64,000 bases of DNA, from contig CBDUPA010000006.1 in the NCBI GenBank assembly GCA_965368975.1, positions 128,001 through 192,000 on the forward strand, given 5' to 3'. The number at the start of each line of letters is the position of its first letter. Position 1 is the first letter of the stretch. The position numbers and the translations under genes were made by a program. Below are positions 9,608 to 19,053 of the stretch, piece by piece. The notes under the pieces were generated by a model. That model was not told the DNA's origin, did not search any database, and was given only the letters and a program-made list of their open reading frames with translations. This DNA comes from an uncultured bacterium (GTDB taxonomy: Bacteria; Acidobacteriota; Thermoanaerobaculia; Multivoradales; JAHZIX01).

Positions 9608-10504
9608 TCAGGCCTCGGGTGCGTCCGAGTACCCGAGAGCCTGCCGCACCTCGGCGGTGAGCTCGAGTACACGGGCGGCTTCGCTGGCGTCGACCCGCTC
9701 GGCCTGCAGGCGATCGATCGATGGTTCGAGGAACGCGGGCACCTCGTCCGGTGCGAACCAGCGGTGGCTGTTCTGGTCATAGGGAGTGGAGTGGGACCCG
9801 TCCGGCTGCAGGTGCGGCTTGCACTTGAAGCGCAGGCGCTCGACGGCACCGCGTTCCAGGCCGGCATGGTGGTAGATCTCGTCGACTGAAGCCAGCGGCT
9901 CGTGCACCAGCTGTTCAAAGCGCAGCAGGTGGCAGGCGTCGAAGCGATCAGCATCGTCGAGCATGCGCTGGGCCAACCGGTTGTAGAACGGCGCGAAGGC
10001 GTCCGGTCCGGGGCTGATGCCGCGGCGGCGATGACTCTCGTAGAGCGCCACGGGATGGCGCACCAGGGCGAAGAAGGTCGCGTCGGGGTAGACCTCGAGC
10101 AGACGCTCGGTGAGGAAGGTCAGTCCGTTGTTGTTCTTGGCCACCAGGCGTGATGCCTCTACTTCGTCCCGGGTGTACGTTTGCCCCGGCGCTTTGATGC
10201 TCATGTCCTCGTCGTCCAGTGTGGTCAACTTGTAGCGGTAGAGCACACGATCGAGATAGCGTGCCGCCGCCCCGGTCAGAGGGCGCCGCGGTTGTAGGTG
10301 CCACTGGTCGAACAAGCGTGGCTGGCGGCTGAGCACGCGCACCCACAGGCCAGGCCAGGTACGGGCGCGTAAGCCGAAGTAGAAGATCTCCAGCGTCTCG
10401 CGCATCGGCGAGCAGACCTGTGGATGACTGAGCAGCAAGTTCCACAGAATGTTGCTGCCACCGCGCGAAAAGCAGTTGAGGAAGATGGGGCGATGATTGA
10501 GCAC
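9608..10504 (-). CDS. Sulfotransferase-family protein
   Basis: Divergent 5'-PSB-like FSRGGSNIL, 3'-PB LVRHP..LYES, RFEQLV..P. Probable GTG start at 10504. Confidence 0.75.
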   Translation of the reverse strand: MLNHRPIFLNCFSRGGSNILWNLLLSHPQVCSPMRETLEIFYFGLRARTWPGLWVRVLSRQPRLFDQWHLQPRRPLTGAAARYLDRVLYRYKLTTLDDEDMSIKAPGQTYTRDEVEASRLVAKNNNGLTFLTERLLEVYPDATFFALVRHPVALYESHRRRGISPGPDAFAPFYNRLAQRMLDDADRFDACHLLRFEQLVHEPLASVDEIYHHAGLERGAVERLRFKCKPHLQPDGSHSTPYDQNSHRWFAPDEVPAFLEPSIDRLQAERVDASEAARVLELTAEVRQALGYSDAPEA

Positions 10505-10533
10505 GATAGGTTCCTCTGAAAGGCTAAGGATAC

Positions 10534-11328
10534 TCAGTGCGGCAGGCTGGTGGCCAGTCCGTGGCGGGGATACTCCTGCTGGCGGCTCGAATACCGTTCG
10601 AGTGGGTGCCAATGGTAGCGATGGCTCTGCAGGATGTCTCGTACGTCGCGCTCCAGCTGGGCGCTGTGGACCTCGAAGATCCAGGTGGGTCGCACGTTCT
10701 GCAGAAGTTCGGTCGCTCCCTCGAGGACGCGGCACTCGGCGCCTTCGACGTCGACCTTGACCAACGTCGGAGGTCGATACAGCGCGGCGAACGTGTCCAG
10801 CGTGGTGAGCCGCACAGTGAGCTGCTGTGCGTCGAGTTGCTGTGCGTCGGTCTCGGGATGCTCACTCAAGGCAGCCACTGTCGTCGCCGCATCGGTGCCC
10901 AGGGTCAGCCGCGCGCTGCCTTCGCGTTCGGCGACGGCCGCCTCGATCAGCTCGATGGGGGCAGCCGAGCCGGTCGCTACGGCTAAATGGCGAATCCGTG
11001 CGGCGTTGGCTGGCAGGGGCTCGAAGGCGTAGACCTGCCCACGCGGACCCGCGGTGAGTGCGCTCAGCAGCGCAAAGTAGCCCAGATGAGCACCGACGTC
11101 GTACACGATGGCATCAGGTCGCAGTTGCCGTGTGAGAGCAACCTGGGCAGGTAGCTCATAGATCCCCAGCCGCTGGGCCAGGCCAGCCGCCGGTAGCCGC
11201 CGGCCTCGCAGGGGGCCGGCCACGACACGGTCTGTGGGTAGCAAGCGCCGCATCAAGGCCTCGAAAGGGCGGCGGGCGGGACTCCACCACAGGGAGGCCA
11301 GCAGACGCTGAGCCAGCGTCGGTGTCAA
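10534..11328 (-). CDS. FkbM-family methyltransferase
   Basis: YDVGAHLG, AFEP, KVDVEGAE motifs. Confidence 0.9.
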   Translation of the reverse strand: MTPTLAQRLLASLWWSPARRPFEALMRRLLPTDRVVAGPLRGRRLPAAGLAQRLGIYELPAQVALTRQLRPDAIVYDVGAHLGYFALLSALTAGPRGQVYAFEPLPANAARIRHLAVATGSAAPIELIEAAVAEREGSARLTLGTDAATTVAALSEHPETDAQQLDAQQLTVRLTTLDTFAALYRPPTLVKVDVEGAECRVLEGATELLQNVRPTWIFEVHSAQLERDVRDILQSHRYHWHPLERYSSRQQEYPRHGLATSLPH

Positions 11329-12740
11329 GACGAGACCTCGGCGCGGACCAGGCGCAGCAGGGCGGCCGCTACACGCCGGCCGCTGTTGCCGTCGAGAGTC
11401 GTGCCGAACATGCCGTCCAGGAAGCGCCGGCGCGCCGCGCGATCAGCGTCGGGCTCGGTAAGGCCACGCTGCAGCATGGTACGCATGTCCTCGGGTGAGC
11501 GCGCCACCATAACGGCACCGGAGTCGGCCACGGGCCAGTAGTGGTCGAAACGAATGTGACGCTCGTAGCCCAGGCACCACGGCAGGTCGCTGCCGGGCGG
11601 ATCGAAGTCGAGGTTGATCACTGGTTTGCCGAGCATCAACAGTTCCAGTGTGACCGTCGAGGCGGCGTTGATCCCCAGGGCGGCGTGGCGCAGCAAGCTG
11701 GTGTAGGTTGCCAGGTCGCGGCGTCGTGGAATCAGCCGCTCGGCGTCCCACTGCACGGGCGGGAACAGGACATTCGGCAGACCGCGTGCCGCTAGCGCTT
11801 TCATCTCGGGGCTGGTGTCCTTGACGTTGACGCGCACCACCAGCTGCGGCTTGACCGGCAGATCCAGCTCATCGAGCAGGCGGATGATCAGCTCCAGATG
11901 CTTGTGCTCTTCCGGAAAGTGATGCGCGATAGCGGCCGTGTAGCAGATGTACGGACGCGACGGATCGATCCCCATGCGCCGGCAGGTCTCTTCGCGGCTC
12001 AGGTGATAGTCGGGCTGGAAGTGGAAGTCGAACTGCGGTGTACCGGTGACGTGGATGTGGTCCTGGCCGACGAAGGGATAGACCTCGTGCAGCTGGTGGG
12101 CCATCCCCTGATGCCACACCAGGTAGTCGTCGTAGGGCACGAAGATGCGGCTGCGTGAGGTCAGGTTGTCCCAGGAGAAGACAAAGCCGGCGGTGCGTTG
12201 CCCCAGGCGGTGGGCGACACGCAGCGGCAACTCGCCGGCCATGCCGTGGATGTGCGAGCCGTTGAACACCAGGTCTGGCTGCAGACGCAGCAGCAGGGCA
12301 TCGAGATCGCGCGTCGGGCGCTGCAGATGGAAGAGTTCCTGCTCCAACGCGGTCAGCGCACGCAGCGCGGCTGGGAAGGTGAACAGACGCGCACCGGCCT
12401 TGACCAGCTTTTCGCGCCACAGCTTGCCGCGAGCTGCTGCCCGGCGGTCGCGCAGTTGCCAGTTGTTTTGCGCCACCGCGCTCCACAGCCAGCGGTCGTG
12501 GGCGTTCTCGGTGAAGGTGCGCAGGTAGTAGGCCAGGCGTGGGGGAGGCAGGTCCGGCAGCGGCAGGAAGTCGTCGACCAGCTCGCGGAAGGGAGCGACG
12601 AATTCGTCGTCATGAATCACGCTCAGTACCGTCACCCGTGCTTGCTCGGCCAAGTGCGGCAGGGTATTCGAGTAGAGGAAGTTTCGCACCGCCTCGCCGC
12701 GCGGGATGACGAGCACGATATGAGGACGCTGCTCACTCAT
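11325..12740 (-). CDS. GT-B fold protein (CDP-glycerol glycerophosphotransferase-like); candidate nonulosonate transferase
   Basis: SWDNL, TGTPQFD, STVTLE...KPVIN motifs; translationally coupled to the cytidylyltransferase gene. Confidence 0.55.
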   Translation of the reverse strand: MSEQRPHIVLVIPRGEAVRNFLYSNTLPHLAEQARVTVLSVIHDDEFVAPFRELVDDFLPLPDLPPPRLAYYLRTFTENAHDRWLWSAVAQNNWQLRDRRAAARGKLWREKLVKAGARLFTFPAALRALTALEQELFHLQRPTRDLDALLLRLQPDLVFNGSHIHGMAGELPLRVAHRLGQRTAGFVFSWDNLTSRSRIFVPYDDYLVWHQGMAHQLHEVYPFVGQDHIHVTGTPQFDFHFQPDYHLSREETCRRMGIDPSRPYICYTAAIAHHFPEEHKHLELIIRLLDELDLPVKPQLVVRVNVKDTSPEMKALAARGLPNVLFPPVQWDAERLIPRRRDLATYTSLLRHAALGINAASTVTLELLMLGKPVINLDFDPPGSDLPWCLGYERHIRFDHYWPVADSGAVMVARSPEDMRTMLQRGLTEPDADRAARRRFLDGMFGTTLDGNSGRRVAAALLRLVRAEVSS

Positions 12741-14023
12741 GTCGTGGGCTCCTGACGCGCGGCGAGGAGATGATCACAGACTTCACGCACCGCGCCACGT
12801 CCTCCGGGCTTGCCGGTGACCCAGTCGGCAGTGGCGAGGATCTCCGGCCGAGCGTCGGCCGGGGCGATCGCCAGACCGGCCCAGCGCAGCGCGTCGAGGT
12901 CGTTGACGTCGTTGCCCATGAAAGCGACCTGGGCGGCGTCGAGACCGCGTTCGGTGGCCAGCTGCTGCAGTGCTTCGAGCTTGCGCGTGCAACTCTGCTC
13001 GCACGCCAGGCCGAGCTTGCGGCAGCGCGCCGCGACGACCGGGTTGGTCTCGCGCGAAAGCACGCGCAGCTCCAGGGAGCCGTGTTGCTCGGCGTCGCTT
13101 TGCTCGGCGTCGCGGCGCAGTCGCTCCAGGCCGAGGCCATCACCGCGGTGGCAGAACACCGCCTCGCGGCCGTCTTGGTCGACCAGCACCCGATCATCGG
13201 TCAGCACGCCGTCGAAATCGAAGACGAGGAGGTGAATGGCGGCAAGCCGAGCCAAGGCCGGCGCGGGTGCTGGTATCGGTGCTGGCGCCGACGCTGCCGA
13301 CTCGCTGCGGACGGTCAGCAAGCGCTCCATCAGCTCGAGGTCCCCTGGCTCATCGACCTGGAAAGAGTCGAGCGGATCCATCGGGTAGATGGCCACCTGG
13401 CCGCCCAGGCGGTTACCGTCGCGCCGCAGAATCTCGGGCTTGAAGACGTAGATAGAGCCGTTCTCCAGCCAGTCTTCGCCGATGTCCTGGCGCCGGGGAC
13501 GGTGCTGGAAGTCGTAGGTCAGCGATCGTGGTACTTCGTCTTCCTGCTGGCGCCAGACGAAGCCGTGCACCGGGCAGGCCGAGAACAGGCTGTCGGCCTG
13601 CTGGCGTTCCAGCGTCTCGATTGCGGCGTCGATGGCGCCGGGGCGGCGTAGCGGCGACGTGGCCTGTAGGAAGACCAGCAGATCCGGTGCGTAGCCCTCG
13701 GCCGCGAGGACCTCCAACGCATGGCTGAGAGCCGACTCGGAGGATGCAGTGTCGCCGCTCAGGTCGGCCGGCCGATCGATCACTTCGGCCCCCGCGCTGC
13801 GTGCGGTGTCGGCGATCTCGGCGTCATCGGTCGACACGACCACCCGATCGACGCGCTGCGCCGCCAGCGCCTGCTCGACGGTGTGCACCAGCAGCTGCTT
13901 GCCGGCCAGAGAGCGCAAATTCTTGCGCGGAACTCCCTTGGAGCCGCCGCGGGCGGGGATCAGGGCCAGGATCTTGGCGTGTCGGACCTGGACTTCCGGG
14001 GCCTCGGTGGGGGACTGGCTCAC
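12737..14023 (-). CDS. neuA: Acylneuraminate cytidylyltransferase fused to a KdsC-like HAD phosphatase
   Basis: IPARGGSKGVPRKN, QATSPLR, ENGSIY; C-terminal DFDGVLTD, GNDVND, GGRGAVRE. Confidence 0.88.
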   Translation of the reverse strand: MSQSPTEAPEVQVRHAKILALIPARGGSKGVPRKNLRSLAGKQLLVHTVEQALAAQRVDRVVVSTDDAEIADTARSAGAEVIDRPADLSGDTASSESALSHALEVLAAEGYAPDLLVFLQATSPLRRPGAIDAAIETLERQQADSLFSACPVHGFVWRQQEDEVPRSLTYDFQHRPRRQDIGEDWLENGSIYVFKPEILRRDGNRLGGQVAIYPMDPLDSFQVDEPGDLELMERLLTVRSESAASAPAPIPAPAPALARLAAIHLLVFDFDGVLTDDRVLVDQDGREAVFCHRGDGLGLERLRRDAEQSDAEQHGSLELRVLSRETNPVVAARCRKLGLACEQSCTRKLEALQQLATERGLDAAQVAFMGNDVNDLDALRWAGLAIAPADARPEILATADWVTGKPGGRGAVREVCDHLLAARQEPTT

Positions 14024-15339
14024 GCGTCCTCCCGCGTCCGTGCTTCGTTCTCGTGGCGGCGGTTCCAGGCCAGCTCGGGACGGACAACCCCCGGTCGCTT
14101 GGGCTCCAGGTGCGAGCCGACGGCACCGGTGTCCTCAATGTCGAAGAAGAGAATGTTGTTGAAGCGTCCCAGGTGCTTCTTGCGCCCGTCAGCGCCAGCG
14201 TGCACCGACACCACCAGCCGCCCGGGGGCCAGCAGTCGTCCCGGAATGCGGCAGCGGTTGACGAAGCGACCGGCGGGGCGCTCGTCGGTGTAGCGCAGAT
14301 CGTCGGCGTCGTACGTCTCTAGCACTTCGACGCCGTGGATGGTGGACAGCTGCAGGCCGACGCGGTACTGCTGTACCGGCCGCAGCAACTCGTACTCCAG
14401 CTCGATGTCGAAATCATGTACCGGGTCGAGGCTGGCGGTGACACCGCGGTCTGGGTGGACCAGGCGGAGCGCGTGCAGGCGAAAGTCCGGTGCATTGGTG
14501 TCGTCGAGACCTTCCGGCCATTCGCGCTGACCGCTCTCGTCAGCTTCGCGCAGCAGGTACTGTGAGATCACCTGGTCGGTCGGGCCCTCGGCGACCAGCT
14601 GACCTTGCTCGATCAGCAGGGCGCGCTCGCACAGCCGGCTGACGGCTGCCAGATTGTGGCTGATGAAGATGACCGTTCGCCCCGAGCGGGCCACCGAGCT
14701 GAGCTTGCCCAGGCACTTGCGCTGGAAACTCAGGTCACCGACCGACAGCACCTCGTCGACCAGCAGGATCTCGGGTTCCAGGTGCGCGGCGACGGCGAAC
14801 GCCAGGCGCACGTACATGCCGCTCGAGTAGTGCTTGACCGGCGTTTCGATGAAGCGCTCCAGCTCGGCGAACTCGACGATGTCGTCGAACTTGCGATCGA
14901 TCTCCTGGCGCGTCATGCCGAGAATGGCTCCGTTGAGAAAGACATTCTCACGGCCGGTCAGCTCCGGATGGAAGCCGGTGCCGACCTCGAGCAGTGAGCC
15001 GACGCGCCCGCGCAGCCGAACCTCTCCGGTCGACGGTGAAGTGATGCGCGACAGGATCTTGATCAGCGTGCTCTTGCCGGCGCCGTTGCGACCGATCACT
15101 CCGACCACCTCGCCGGTTTCGACACGGAACGACAGATCGCGCAGTGCCCACAGCTCTTCGTCGCGATCCTCGGCGGCAGCACGTCCTTGGAGCAACGCGC
15201 GCACCCGGCGGGCAGGTGCGCTCAGCGCGTCGGTGACGCTGTCGCGCAAGGTGCGGTACCGGTGCCGGCGCAAGGCACCGATGTGGTAGACCTTCGACAG
15301 GTTCTCGACTTCGATGGCATACGACATGTCAGACGACAT
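14020..15339 (-). CDS. wzt: Polysaccharide ABC exporter ATPase with C-terminal Wzt_C-like domain
   Basis: GRNGAGKST, YSSGM, LLVDE; long C-terminal extension. Start at ATG 15339. Confidence 0.92.
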   Translation of the reverse strand: MSSDMSYAIEVENLSKVYHIGALRRHRYRTLRDSVTDALSAPARRVRALLQGRAAAEDRDEELWALRDLSFRVETGEVVGVIGRNGAGKSTLIKILSRITSPSTGEVRLRGRVGSLLEVGTGFHPELTGRENVFLNGAILGMTRQEIDRKFDDIVEFAELERFIETPVKHYSSGMYVRLAFAVAAHLEPEILLVDEVLSVGDLSFQRKCLGKLSSVARSGRTVIFISHNLAAVSRLCERALLIEQGQLVAEGPTDQVISQYLLREADESGQREWPEGLDDTNAPDFRLHALRLVHPDRGVTASLDPVHDFDIELEYELLRPVQQYRVGLQLSTIHGVEVLETYDADDLRYTDERPAGRFVNRCRIPGRLLAPGRLVVSVHAGADGRKKHLGRFNNILFFDIEDTGAVGSHLEPKRPGVVRPELAWNRRHENEARTREDA

Positions 15340-16186
15340 CCGCGAAACTCTTCTCCATGCGCCGGAAGAAGTAGGCACCGCTGACCAACAGCAGCACCGA
15401 GACCACCGAAGACACCGCCAGCATAGGCCCTGGAGCCGTGTCGGTGCCGAGCAGAGCCCAGCGGAAACCCTCGACCACGCCGACCATCGGATTGATGCTG
15501 TAGACGGTGCGCCAGGGCTCACTGAGCAGGCTACTGGGGTAGGCGATGGGGGTGGCGAAGAGCCAGATCTGGATCAAGAACGGTATGACGTGACGCACGT
15601 CGCGGAACAGCACGTTCATCGCCGAGAGCCACATACCCACTCCCAGGCAGGTAGACATGGCGAGCACGAAGAGCAGGGGCAGCCACAGCACCTGCTGCGT
15701 CGGCACGATACCGTAGAAGCCCATCATCACCAGTAGAACGGTGAAGGCGAGGACGAAATCGACGATCCCCGCGGTGACCGACGCCAGCGGCAGTAGCAGG
15801 CGTGGGAAGTAGATCTTCTTGAGCAGGTTCTGGCTGCCCACCAAGCTGTTGGTGCAGTTGGTCAAACCGGTAGCGAAGAAGGTCCAGGGGACCAGGGCGG
15901 CATAGCTGAAAATGGGGTAAGGCAAGTCGTCGGACGGAATGCCACCGAGTTTGCCGAAGAACAGACTGAACACCACCATCGTCAGCAACGGCTGCAGGAT
16001 CGCCCAGGCCGCGCCGAGGGCGGTCTGCTTGTAGCGTACCTTGACGTCGCGCCAGACCAGGAAATAGAGCAGCTCCCGGTAGTCCCACATCTCGGCCAAG
16101 TCGAGCTGCACCCAGCCGGTGCGTGGACGAATGACGACCAAGGGCGGCTCGGCGGCCGCCCTGGAAGGAAACGCGACGTCAGGCAT
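15329..16186 (-). CDS. wzm: Polysaccharide ABC exporter permease
   Basis: RDVKVRYKQT.LG..W, KIYFPR, FRDV, NPM motifs. Confidence 0.93.
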   Translation of the reverse strand: MPDVAFPSRAAAEPPLVVIRPRTGWVQLDLAEMWDYRELLYFLVWRDVKVRYKQTALGAAWAILQPLLTMVVFSLFFGKLGGIPSDDLPYPIFSYAALVPWTFFATGLTNCTNSLVGSQNLLKKIYFPRLLLPLASVTAGIVDFVLAFTVLLVMMGFYGIVPTQQVLWLPLLFVLAMSTCLGVGMWLSAMNVLFRDVRHVIPFLIQIWLFATPIAYPSSLLSEPWRTVYSINPMVGVVEGFRWALLGTDTAPGPMLAVSSVVSVLLLVSGAYFFRRMEKSFADVV

Positions 16187-16192
16187 CGTGGG

Positions 16193-17131
16193 TCAGGGGC
16201 CCGAGGGCGATACCGGTGGCAACAAGGGCTGGTTGTCGTCCTGAGCGATCAGGATACCGCCCCCCGCGGTCACGGCCGCCGCCAGCGGCAGCAGGATTTC
16301 CTTCTTCTTCCACCAGGCGATGACGCAGGCTCGGCAGACCTCGTCCGAGCGCAGCAGGCCTTCCGGGTTGATGCGGGTCACGATGCCCGAGCACATCCAG
16401 TGGAAGACGTTCTCGCCGCGCTTCCAGTAGGCGGTCTCACCGACCGTCAAGTTCTCCGCCACGCTCTCTTGCTTCGGGGTGAGAGTGGTCGGGCAGTCCG
16501 GTGTGACCTCGGTGACCAGCATCGGTGAGCGGGCCACCACCTTGCCGGTAGCGTCGAGAACCTCGGAGTAGTACTCGGTCGGTTCGTTCTCCAGACCTTC
16601 GAGCCAGGTCTGCAAGTCTTCGCGCGTCAGGTCGGCCATCCAGTCGCGCTTCAGCTGCTTGCCTACCGACGCACGCTCGCGAATGATGTCCTGGTCCAGG
16701 TTGTGGTTCGGGTCGCGGTCGGTGGAGGCTTCCTTGGCGTTCCACCATTCCGCCCAGCTGGTGTCTTCGCCACTGCCGGCTTGGTACTCGATGTCATCGA
16801 GCAGGCCGCGGGCTTCGAGGATCTGATCTTCGGCCTTGGGCAGCACGGACCAGTAGCTACCGCCACCCTGCGGGTAGGCTTCGACGTAGTAGAAGTCTTC
16901 GACCTCTTCATGCAGGCGGCGGAAGTAGACTCGCACGGAACCACCTGGGGGCTCGTTCTGTGCGTTCAGCGTCACGATGCCGTTCTGCTCGATCGGCAGG
17001 CACGTGACCTGGTCGAGGCTGACCGTGGTCTGGGCCACGGCCGCGGCCGGAACGAAGAGGCCTGCGCAGACGAGCAGCAGGGTGCCCAGCAGAAGGGTGG
17101 GGAGCATCGAAATCAACGGTTTGCGTGCCAT
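16193..17131 (-). CDS. Hypothetical secreted protein with C-terminal basic-hydrophobic tail
   Basis: Signal peptide (AVA-Q), GGAGG RBS, acidic body, ends WWKKKEILLPLAAAVTAGGGILIAQDD...SPSGP. Confidence 0.8.
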   Translation of the reverse strand: MARKPLISMLPTLLLGTLLLVCAGLFVPAAAVAQTTVSLDQVTCLPIEQNGIVTLNAQNEPPGGSVRVYFRRLHEEVEDFYYVEAYPQGGGSYWSVLPKAEDQILEARGLLDDIEYQAGSGEDTSWAEWWNAKEASTDRDPNHNLDQDIIRERASVGKQLKRDWMADLTREDLQTWLEGLENEPTEYYSEVLDATGKVVARSPMLVTEVTPDCPTTLTPKQESVAENLTVGETAYWKRGENVFHWMCSGIVTRINPEGLLRSDEVCRACVIAWWKKKEILLPLAAAVTAGGGILIAQDDNQPLLPPVSPSGP

Positions 17132-17161
17132 GGTGTTTCCTCCGGTCGGACTCGGCCCTAG

Positions 17162-17170
17162 ATCTTATCA
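17162..17170 (-). promoter_or_regulatory. Extended -10 (TGaTAAGAT) upstream of the 17131 gene
   Basis: Motif match in a short intergenic gap, followed by GGAGG RBS. Confidence 0.45.
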
Positions 17171-17207
17171 CTTTGGCCAGAACTGATGGCCAGACGGTAG
17201 CTGTGGA

Positions 17208-18197
17208 TCACGGCGCGGCCAAGATCTTGGTCTCGTAGCGGCTGACGAAATCGGTTCGCTGCAGATTGGGTAGGCAGCGCCGCATCACCGTCGCTGCATA
17301 CTCGGTGTCGCCGGACTCGTAGAGGGCCACGGCCATGAAGAATTGCAACACCGGTTGTGCGTCCGAGGGCACGCCGCCGCGCTGGAAGTACTCCGCGCTC
17401 ACCTGCCAGTGCGAGGCGCGGTAGGCGATCTCGGCAGCCAGGTGTTGCGCCTCGGTGGACTCCGGGTGGCGGCTGGCGACGTCCTGAGCCAGCTCGAAGG
17501 GGCGCTCCAACTCTTCGCCGCGGGAAGCGAGCCGCATCTCTTCGCGTGCGCGGCGCAGCTGCTCGCGGTCAGCTGGTGACAGCGGTGTGGCCCGGGGCAC
17601 GGCGTTGGCCGGCTCGACATCATCGTCGTCGGCCGCGCGCTCGGCGCCGTCCGCGGTGGGGCTATCGGTGTCCGGCGCTGGCGCCTCACCGTCGTCTAGG
17701 GAGGCTGGCAAGAGCGGTCGGAAGGTCGGCACGGCCTGCAGCGTGTAGCTGGGCATCAGCTGGACGAGGGTTCCTTCGAACCGGTTTAGTAGGTCGCGCG
17801 GCAACTGTACACGCGTGTAGACGCGGAAGCGTTGCTCGACTTCCAACAGCCGCCGTGCCGTGGCGCGGAAGGCCTCCTGATCATTGGCGTCGGCCTGCGC
17901 CAGTCCCAAGCGGATCAGGCATTCGGTCAGCAGCGGCGGTTCTTCCAACATACCGAAGCAGGCGAGGCGCAGAAGTCGCTGCGCCGCGCTGGTATCCCCG
18001 CGGTGGTAGGCGTCGCTGCCATTCTGCAGCAACCGCTGGTAGAACGGGTCGACCGTCGCGCGAGCCGGGCTGGCCACGGCCATGCCCGCGAGCAGAAGCG
18101 CGAGAACGAGAACGCTCAGGGCAAGCGGCCGCGAGACTCCCGTACGCGAGATGAGGGCGCCTGGAGCCGTGTGGTGGTTCGTCGAAGGCTGATTCAT
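17208..18197 (-). CDS. Secreted TPR-like protein
   Basis: Signal peptide; two helical-repeat regions split by an acidic Pro-rich linker. Confidence 0.7.
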   Translation of the reverse strand: MNQPSTNHHTAPGALISRTGVSRPLALSVLVLALLLAGMAVASPARATVDPFYQRLLQNGSDAYHRGDTSAAQRLLRLACFGMLEEPPLLTECLIRLGLAQADANDQEAFRATARRLLEVEQRFRVYTRVQLPRDLLNRFEGTLVQLMPSYTLQAVPTFRPLLPASLDDGEAPAPDTDSPTADGAERAADDDDVEPANAVPRATPLSPADREQLRRAREEMRLASRGEELERPFELAQDVASRHPESTEAQHLAAEIAYRASHWQVSAEYFQRGGVPSDAQPVLQFFMAVALYESGDTEYAATVMRRCLPNLQRTDFVSRYETKILAAP

Positions 18198-18242
18198 GAG
18201 TCTTGCTTTGGTCGCGTTTGTGGTATCGCCTCTACAGTGCGG

Positions 18243-19043
18243 TCAAGATACCGACCCCAGAGGCCTGTTTTCGACCACACAGCGGGGGTTGTCCTCGGTG
18301 AGTATGCGGGCCAGTTCCGGGCCCCACCGGTCGTGAATGCGGTAGACCGCTGCCTGGACGCTCGGTGGACGTCGCGTCAGGCCGTGACAATCACTGGCCA
18401 GAAAGTGCCCCAGACCGGCGTCGAGTATGGCTTCGGCAGCCTGCATCGGTCGCCGGCCGAAGCTGCCGACCACACTCATGGCCGTCAGCTGTAGCGTGGC
18501 GCCGAGGGACACCAGGTGACGCAGACGAGGGAGATCTTCTGCCAGCCAGGGAAGCAGTTCCGGGTGTGCGAGGATCGGCCGCCAGCCAGCTACGTGGAGC
18601 TCGTGGACGATGCTCTCGGGTCGTGGTCCCAGTCCCGTGCGGGCAAATTCAATGAGCAGGTATCGGCTGTCTCCGAGGGGACGGATGCCGCTGTCGGGCC
18701 AGCGTTCGAGGTCTTCGAGTAGCCCATCGTCGACCCGGATCTCGGCACCGGACAGGATGCGGAGGCGATCCCCCACGGCTTCCTGCAGCTGTTGCGTCAG
18801 GTCCCGCAGGTGCTGTCCGTCGCCATTCCACCAGTGCGGATGGCGCTGGTGCGGGGTGGCGAACATCACCTCGAATCCGTCGTCGGCAGCGGCCTGGCAC
18901 ATCGCCACGGCTTCCTCCAGCGTCTCGGCACCATCGTCGATGCCAGGTAGGAGGTGACCGTGAATGTCGATGCGCCGCCGGGCCTTGGGAGCGCTGGAAG
19001 CCGGGAGTTCCGAATCTCCGCTGACAGTGTGCGCTCGAAGCAT
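18243..19043 (-). CDS. CpsB/CapC (PHP-family) protein-tyrosine phosphatase
   Basis: DIHGHLLPGIDDG, ATPH, AHPE, ASDCH. Start approximate. Confidence 0.9.
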   Translation of the reverse strand: MLRAHTVSGDSELPASSAPKARRRIDIHGHLLPGIDDGAETLEEAVAMCQAAADDGFEVMFATPHQRHPHWWNGDGQHLRDLTQQLQEAVGDRLRILSGAEIRVDDGLLEDLERWPDSGIRPLGDSRYLLIEFARTGLGPRPESIVHELHVAGWRPILAHPELLPWLAEDLPRLRHLVSLGATLQLTAMSVVGSFGRRPMQAAEAILDAGLGHFLASDCHGLTRRPPSVQAAVYRIHDRWGPELARILTEDNPRCVVENRPLGSVS

Positions 19044-19053
19044 CAGGATTCCG

